The notes under the pieces were generated by a model. The model was not told the origin of the DNA, did not search any database, and saw only the letters and a list, made by a program, of their open reading frames with translations. Of a DNA stretch of 64,000 nucleotides, positions 55,448 to 64,000 are shown one piece after another (the first letter of the stretch is position 1; the number at the start of each line of letters is the position of its first letter). The DNA is from the human T2T-CHM13v2.0 reference genome, Homo sapiens. The stretch lies in the NCBI RefSeq assembly GCF_009914755.1, contig NC_060934.1; one strand, written 5' to 3'. Both the position numbers and the translations under genes were made by a program.

Positions 55448-57417
55448 CCTTCTATTATCACTTGGTAGCTAAATGATTTGGTGAAGTGATGTAATCTTAT
55501 CTGTATAACAACTTTGTGAAGTTTATATTAGTTCCTTCATTGTGTGGACTAGAAAGCTGAGGTCCATAGACGCCAAATGCCTTGCTCAAGGTAACACAGG
55601 ATGGAAGAGGTTGTGGAGTTGAGGGTGACTCTCATCTCAGTCCAATACCTGGTCCTTTAGACAGTGGACACTGTTTACCTGTAGTACCACCTTTTCCTAT
55701 GCGCTGGTGAGGCACAGTGTCTGCACACTGTTGGCATCTTCTGCTCTTCTCTCCTTACTGTAGTTCTCCATTTATCATGGCTTTATATATCCTGCTTAGG
55801 ACTTTACAATCTGAGGTTTGTGCCTGCTCTCCCCAGACACAAAAACATCAGCCCTGATTCTGACCATCATCAGGTTCTAAGTTGCTCTGTACAATATCTC
55901 TGGTCTTCCATATCCGTCTCAGTCTGCAGAGAAAGCAAAATTACGATTCAGTGAGATTCTTGATTTTAGTCTCTTCAGCACAACATTAAAATGTATTTCC
56001 TTAAATATTCTTTAATCAGACTAGCTGATCTGTGCAGAGCCATGTGGTGCGGTTGGTAGGGTAGGGAAATAAGTTTTACTTAATCGTTTAACAGTGCTTT
56101 TCATTGACCATTCTTGTGTCTGAGGTATTATCAATACAAATTTAACAGAGATCATTTATCTATTTATTTACCAATACTCACTGAGTACCTGTCCAGCACT
56201 GTGCAAGATACTGGAGAGGCAGTGCTGAGCAAAAGTTGACATGGATGCTGTCCTCATGGAGCTTCTGATTAAATGAAGGAGATAATTTTAAATAAGTAAT
56301 CATGAGTGAATATATGATTACCAACGGAGGTCAGAGCTATGAAGGAACACAGATGTTAGAAAAAAAGCAACAAATTTGTGGAAGAAGTCAGCAAAGATAT
56401 GGCCAGGGTAACCTGATTTTTCCTTTTATCCTTTTTGGTCAAGTTACATTGTTTATGGATTGAAAAATAATGAATATTTATCAAGTCACTATTACATACA
56501 AGTGGTTGCTTGTAAGCTTTTGATATGCTTTATCATATTACATCTGCACAGAAACAATATTAGCTTGATAAAGTAGCTACTCTCATGAAACTTCAGCTTC
56601 TTCATTTGTGACTTGTGGACAGACGGCTTATGTAACCTGTTTGTGGTCACAACAGCTAGCCAGGGGTGGGTGCTGAATTGAACACTAGTCTAACTCCAGT
56701 GCTCAAGTTTATAACAACTGTGGATTACTGCCTTAGGGAAACATGGTAGTTGTTGCATCTGGGAAGCCAAAAGGGTTTTATGTCATAGTTGGGCCATGAT
56801 GGAGAAATACTGGTAATACATAAAAACAATTAGGTAGACTTGTAACTGGTTGAACCAAAAAAACCCAAAGGGAATTGTTTGATGGATGAAAATTGGGAGA
56901 AAGTTTTTAAATAGCATGATCCAGGGCTCCGTCGTTGGTCCTGACTAAAATGTTTTGTCAGTGGACCTGGAGAAAAATATGGAAAGAGCGGGTTTATCAC
57001 ATTTGTGGCCAAAAAAAAAAAAAGAAAAAAATGCTGAGAGGAGGAGCTAATATGTTGAGAGGAGTTACTACGTTTGATTGAAAACAATCAGTATTCACAA
57101 CAACATCCACCAACTGAAATGAAGGTCTGAATCTAATTATATGAAACCTAATGCAAATGCAAAACCTCACTTTTTGAGTTCAGGGTATTAATTGCATAAA
57201 TAGAGAAATGGGAAGATGAAGCTGAACGTTTTCATTTAGGGATTTTTGTAGTAAAAAAATATCAAGATAGGCAACATATAAAATGACATGTGAAAACCTT
57301 AATGAGATCCGTGCTTCACTATAAGATGTATAGAATCTGAGGAAAACTTTAGAAAGCAAAGGAGGTAAGAGGTGGTATTGTTTTATTTGGGCTGGTCATT
57401 TATGGGAGGAAGTGTTT

Positions 57418-58745
57418 TCCATGGTCTGAATGTTTTTGATCCCCCAAAATTTATATGTTGAAACCTGTCTCTAATGCAATCATATTAAGAGGTAGGGGCT
57501 TTAGGAGGTGACAAAGTCGTGAGGGCTTTGATCTCATGAATAAGATTAGTGCATCAACCTACTCATCTGACAAAGGGCTAATATCCAGAATCTACAATGA
57601 ACTCAAACAAATTTACAAGAAAAAAACAAACAACCCCATCAAAAAGTGGGCGAAGGACATGAATAGACACTTCTCAAAAGAAGACATTTATGCAGCCAAA
57701 AAACACATGAAAAAATGCTCACCATCACTGGCCATCAGAGAAATGCAAATCAAAACCACTATGAGATACCATCTCACACCAGTTAGAATGGCAATCATTA
57801 AAAAGTCAGGAAACAACAGGTGCTGGAAAGGATGTGGAGAAATAGGAACACTTTTACACTGTTGGTGGGACTGTAAACTAGTTCAACCATTGTGGAAGTC
57901 AGTGTGGTGATTCCTCAGGGATCTAGAACTAGAAATACCATTTGACCCAGCCATCCCATTACTGGGTATATACCCAAATGACTATAAATCATGCTGCTAT
58001 AAAGACACATGCACACGTATGTTTATTGCGGCATTATTCACAATAGCAAAGACTTGGAACCAACCCAAATGTCCAACAATGATAGACTGGATTAAGAAAA
58101 TGTGGCACATATACACCATGGAATACTATGCAGCCATAAAAAATGATGAGTTCATGTCCTTTGTAGGGACATGGATGAAATTGGAAATCATCATTCTCAG
58201 TAAACTATCGCAAGAACAAAAAACCAAACACCGCATATTCTCACTCATAGGTGGGAGTTGAACAATGAGATCACATGGACACAGGAAGGGGAATATCACA
58301 CTCTGGGGACTGTGGTGGGGTCGGGGGAGCGGGGAGGGATAGCATTGGGAGATATACCTAATGCTAGATGACGAGTTAGTGGGTGCAGCGCACCAGCATA
58401 GCACATGTATACATATGTAACTAACCTGCACAATGTGCACATGTACCCTAAAACTTAAAGTATAATTAAAAAAAAGAGAAAGTGGTGATAACAAAATATA
58501 ATAAAAAGTATAATAAAAAAAAAAAAAGAAAAGGGACTTGAGAGAGACTGTTTGCCCCTTCCACCATGTGAGGGCACATGGAAGGCACTATCTGTGAGTA
58601 ACGGGACCTCAACAGACACTGAATCTTCTAGTACCCTAATTTTGGAATTTCTACCCTCTAGAGCTGTGAACAATACATTTATATTTTTAATACATTATTC
58701 AGTTGAAAGTGTTTTGTTATAGCCACCTGGAATGGACTAAGAGAG
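57418..58745 (+). mobile_element. MLT1A LTR interrupted by L1PA2
   Basis: atggtctgaatgtt ... ctcatgaataagattagtgc, resuming as gccccttccaccatgtgagg ... atggactaaga. Confidence 0.8.
57555..58527 (+). mobile_element. Young 5'-truncated L1 (L1PA2-like)
   Basis: Near-consensus ORF2 C-terminus and 3' UTR; gagatcacatgg and gatgacGAGttagt (not the ACA/ACG of Ta/pre-Ta); in-frame TGA at 57908-57910. Confidence 0.95.
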
Positions 58746-61368
58746 TATTGTACATAATTTTAGCACCTTATAGAAAGGTTGTACATAGACCAGTCAAGTC
58801 ATTTAGAGGAGACAAGTAGGATGGGGAAAAGCTTAGAAATAATTTCATCTGGGGAACAGATAAAAATAAAATGAATAAATAAAACTATGTTGTTTGGTCT
58901 AGAAAAGCTAAGACTCCAGGTAGTTGACAAGCTGCCTTTTGCATTTTGACTCTCCTGGGAGAGAAGATATGAGATCAAGGCAAAGGTTGTGGTGCAGAGT
59001 TTTGGATGAGACCACTGAGCACAGAAGCAGAAGCTATGAGAGAATAACTGTTATTATTCCCCATTCTACAGACGAGAGAGTAGAGATCTAGAAAGTTTAA
59101 GTAATTTAGTCTGGGTTAAGAGCTTACTGGATAAATCAGAGAGAAGGAGAGCAGAGAAGGTGATATATTTTAGGGAAGGCTTCAAAATGCAAATCAGAAG
59201 CCAGTCCAAATAGGCATCCAGTAACAAAAATAATTATAGGAAAAAATGTGTCGATATTATTTTATACCAAGAACTCTGTTATATGTTTTGCATAGCTGGT
59301 CTTATTTAATATTTGTAGCAATACTTTTCTTCATTTTAACAATGGGAAGACTAATGCTGGGGAAAATTAAGTAGCTTGCTTGTACACAGCAGAACTGGGA
59401 CTCAGTCATATCAGGGTTGATTCCAGAGCCTATGCTAGTAACCAGCTCTGTTGCTTCTAATAGTATAGAGCAGGTGGAAACCAAAATATTAGAGTGGGAG
59501 AGCAAAGGATTCAGGGGCTAGGAAAAAAAGTGGCATTTGCTCAAGGAGAAAGGTTGACAGTATCTAGTAATGCATTGAGCTGGAGATCCAAGTGGTCTAG
59601 AGGGGCTGGATGAAGTCGGTGAAATGATCAAGATTGTGCTGGAAAGCAATGGCTGTACCAAGTCCACTGACATCCGCTTTCCCTGGGGTTGAGTATTTCG
59701 CCACAACACATTAAAATTAGACAAATGCATCCAGGACGTCCTGAGGAGACATTCATGTCTCTTCAGGACAATACCACTCTGCTTGAGTGCTGTTTTCACC
59801 TTCTTTTGCCTAGAAAGGTTTTCTGTTCTATTTTTAATGAAAAAAAAAATCATTAAGGATGAACAAGGCACATACAAAGTGCTTTGAACAGCAAGGCTGT
59901 CACATTGACATTGTAATTTGTATTGAGGTAATGCCTCCCTGCCCAAGCTTTACATATTTTCTCTCTTGTAGACTTCACACATATAGCACAAGAGATATTA
60001 TCTTTCTCTCCAGACGTTGGGGAAAGAAAAGCCATCATGCATTCTAACATTAGACTTACTTCTGGGGAAACTGAGGCTGACAGGACACAATCTGGGTCTC
60101 ATCAAAAAAGACCAATCATAACGGAAAAGCCTAGGCTGGACTCTGCTTCTTGGGGCCTTTATTTCCCACAGCTTGCTGCCTCCCTGCTTAAGCCAGAGGA
60201 ATCACTTTGTTCTCAAAATTCTTCATCCAGAATGTAATATACCCACTTCTGGAACAGGCCAGGGGCCTGTTGGTGGAAAAAGTATCTCAAGCCTACCCTG
60301 TTGAGTTCTTGCAGCTGGTGGTCTCTCTTCCCTGCTAAGCAACAACTGCTTCATGATTTAATTTTTCATTCCTCAGCATCTTGCTGTGCACTGCTTTATT
60401 AAGAGGAATTTACTCTTCAATTTCCTGTAGTGATTTCAAATTCCCAAGGTTATTGCAGCGCCTTACTTTATAGCAACAATTATACCCCACTCCCTAAGGT
60501 CGTAAACAATTGGAAAATACATCCTCAGAGGAATCTTTGGATGTCAGATGACACCAGCTTGCAACAACATTAACTCTCTCATAGGAAACTCTCTTGTGAG
60601 ATGCTAGGAAGTGGGAGAGAAGAAGGAACTCAAACAAGGATAGGGTCTTTTACATGTCCTGGCCAGGTCTCAGCACTCAGAGAGTGCCTTAAGAGAGGGG
60701 ATCATGGAGATAGTATAGGCTTTCTCTTACAGGGAGTAGTTTCATGCTTGCAGGGGGTCAAATTTATTTCCTCAAGCCTATAATCATCTAGTCACATAAC
60801 TCTCCTCACAAGAGTAGTTATTTTAAATGTGCAACATTTTCAAGGAAAGTTACTGCTGAGGCTCCTTTAATCTTTAGAGCCAGTTGGTAGGTGGGCCTGT
60901 ATTGTGCCTATTTTATGGTACTCTCACAATTCCTTCAGGGCAGCATCTGGGACAATCATAAATTCTTCAGATGGGAGGTGGGGAAGATGCTATAGACCTT
61001 CAAATACAACTCCTGCATTTTATAAGGAGGGAAACTGAGGCTCTGAGAGGGTAATTCAGTTAACATACTAACACATTGTAAGGAAACTGGAAGACATTTT
61101 TCTTATTGCTTTTAGTTATCCACAAATCCCACATTCACTATAGAGAGAAGAATAATGCACTGAGGATTCACAGATTATTTTTTCATTTCTATTCAATTTG
61201 ATATCTTCTTTACTTCAATTTTTCTGTATAACAACACAAATTTTTGAGACTTATTTAAAAAATAACTGAGCAACCTATGGGTCTTGAATTAATTTAATCT
61301 TAGAGGAAAACAAAATGTTTAACCTCAGTTATGACAATAGTTAATTAAAGGACCCATCCAGAGGATAC

Positions 61369-61447
61369 CATGGCATAACTTTCCCATCTCATCTTTGCTG
61401 GAGATAGCAGCATCTGCAGCACGATGAGATGGGAAAGTTATGCCATG
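61369..61447. repeat. Inverted repeat, 25-bp perfect arms plus an imperfect inner stem
   Basis: catggcataactttcccatctcatc (61369-61393) is the exact reverse complement of 61423-61447. Confidence 0.95.
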
Positions 61448-63236
61448 AAATGGTAACTTTCTACAGGCCTTTCCTAGACAGGAGGATTGAGAGGAAGATT
61501 TCAATCACCCTAGAAGATGTGAATCAAAATATCTGTATCGGTTTTGTTCTTTATTATCAATCCCCAGCCTCAGGTTGGTAATGAAATCATGATTTGTAGA
61601 AATATCTATTAGTAGTTGAGTAAGTTTGTATTTCACATGACTATTTTGTAAAGAACAAACTGTAATGTTTTATGTTTCTCTCTCTGGCTGTGTCAGTAGT
61701 GGGAATGTCCAAAGGAGAGAAGTAAGTTGAGGAGTATATATCAGTGACCTTGTTTGAAAAAGGTTCTTTCTGGAATAGGGGAAGACCTAGGAAACTGGAT
61801 CCTGATCAGAAACCTTGCCAAAAATTGACTTTATTCATTCAGCAAGTTGTGTTTGAGAATTACTGGGTGCATAGTACATGTGTCAACCTTTGTTTTCCGG
61901 TGGGAAATAGAAATCACATTTGAGAAGGGTAGAGAGAACACAAATGGGACAAAATTATGACTAGTGACCTACAAAGAAATTCAAGAAGTTTAGGAGAAGT
62001 GAAGAAAGATTAACATCTGCTGAACCTCTACTCTGTCTCAGGGACTATGTGAAATGCTTTGTTAACACAGTATTTTCATTTGTGAAATTACTTTAAACTG
62101 GATGACTTTTGATGTGGAAAAGCTTAATCATAGTAATTTTCCCATGCTGTCACTGCTAGTAAGTTGGGTTGGGTCTGGGTTGAAACCAGAAACTTTCCAT
62201 TATTCTAAAGGATAAAGGAGGGAGAATGTTGGAACCCATAGAAAGATGGAGAGCTGTATGGAGAGTGATGGCTGGCAGAAGCTGCAGGCTTTCAGGCTTT
62301 CATTAAGACTTGCATCCATCCAAAGAGGAACTCACAGCAAGGGAGCTTGAGAATAAGTACCCAAACCTCACTCTCATCCTTTCCTCCAATTTCCTGCTCC
62401 TCACTGTCGGAACTGAAACAGAATCCAGAAAGAAGAAATGTCTTTTCCATAGGTTAGCCTCCCCAGCATTCTAGCAGAATGGGGAATAATGTAAATTGGA
62501 TCTAGAAGAGCAAATGCTTATCTACCTCTGAGAGTTATTGCAAGGATTACATGGTATAAAACATGTGAAATACTGAGATTGATACCAGTCACATGATAAG
62601 CTCTCATAAAACTCCAGAGTTGAAATGGCTCAGAATTCATTTGTATTTACTTCAACAGCTTCATTTGACAAATGAATACACAGATATGCTTAGAGAGAAG
62701 TGATTTACCCCAAGTCATACCTATAGAGACAAAGTCAAGAATAAAACTCAGTTCTGCTGTATAGTTGCTAGAGACCCAAATCTGTAACCCGTTTACCTAA
62801 GGGAGTGCACAGAGCCAGTCCCATGTCCAAATGGGACTCTGATCTTTTGACTTCACATCTCACTGGACCTCCAGCAAAGGCCTGGGTCTTCCAGCAAATG
62901 CTCTGTTAACAATCTGTATTTCACAGAGAGAACCATGCCTTTCTAGGCTGCTTGGCACTCTGGCTAGCCTGTACCTTTCTTATAAGTTTCTCTGTGAGAA
63001 TGAGAATATATCTTATAAATTTCAAGAAAGAAGAAGGAAAAAGTGAGGACCCCCTATTACACGCCCAGCAGTTTTGAAAATGGATTTTTGTTTTTTTTTG
63101 GTCGACAGTAACCATGCCAGAGTAGGAAGCAGAGCCAGAAAATTTTAAAAAGCAGCACCCTCTTCCCAGGAATATGAATGCTGTGCAGGGGCAGTAAAGA
63201 GGACAGGGTCCTTCATAAAAACTTCAGCCAGTTATG

Positions 63237-63356
63237 TGGTGACTAGCCACACAAGTTTGCCTAGGATTGTCTTGGTTTTATCATGGAAAGTTTCTCACCC
63301 CAGACAACCTCCTCTCTCCGGAATCCAGGGCAAACCAGGATGACCAATCACCCTAG
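63237..63356. mobile_element. MER94-like hAT-Blackjack MITE
   Basis: ggtgac ... gtttgcctagga ... gggcaaaccagga ... tcacccta palindromic organisation. Confidence 0.55.
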
Positions 63357-64000
63357 ACAATTTAGAGTTTTGTCTAGGCATGAGCCCTGTGTTCAGGTTC
63401 TTACCTGATGCTTATTTGGGTTCTTTTAGAATCCAAACAGTTGCATTTCCAAGTAATAATCAGCATTTGCCTCTGGGAATACTAATGAGCATATGATAAT
63501 CAAAAAGTGGTCACAAGGATAGAAACAAAAATTAAGAAGCAGCTTAAAAACAAAACAGGGAGCAGATGATATAATTATTTGTCATTCAAAATGCACTACA
63601 TTTCTTCAAGAGAATGCTCAAAGTGCCAATGTATCTGGTGAACAAAGACTGGGCTAGTGGCCAGTATAAGACTGGGTGTGAAATACAAAGAATCTCAGGA
63701 TAAGGAAAAGAAAAAGTTGCCTCAAAAGCTACATTTTGAGAAGGGTTTCAATGTCATTATTTCTATACGGTTCTGAACTTGAATGTAAATAGATTTCCTT
63801 GCCTAACCTGCTTGTGTCCAATTTCCATCAGGAAGCTTGTCCAACATATTGATTCATCGTCAATGTACCTAGTAAGTCTGTGTGTACTAAGAGCCTTGAA
63901 TAATACCCAACATGTGCTCAGTGAAACTCTCATACTTGTGATGGGGAAAAGTAAAATATAATCTATGATAATCCTAGCCTTCCTACTTTTCTGAATGGCC

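Overview
Human (primate) genomic DNA, not microbial. Bases 1-~11460 hold the last four coding exons and 3' UTR of SORCS3, a Vps10p-domain neuronal sorting receptor, on the + strand. The exons splice in frame (1924-2023, 3041-3146, 8553-8713, 9532-9596) and encode the end of the luminal domain, the transmembrane helix and a cytoplasmic tail ending in CTSV*. A poly(A) signal lies at 11436. The remaining ~52 kb is repeat-rich intergenic DNA (Alu, L1, MaLR LTRs, MER DNA transposons, L2/MIR, microsatellites) with no credible gene. I found no wholly new gene system. Best leads: (1) a set of alternative splice/read-through signals around the SORCS3 tail exons, including a candidate in-frame 6-nt microexon; (2) five Pumilio elements, a G-quadruplex and a CPE in the 3' UTR; (3) an exact locally templated insertion with a slippage signature; (4) a 79-nt near-perfect hairpin in apparently unique DNA; (5) probable L1 3' transductions and other nested-transposon events. 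Repeat subfamily names come from remembered consensus sequences, and boundaries of old repeats are approximate.
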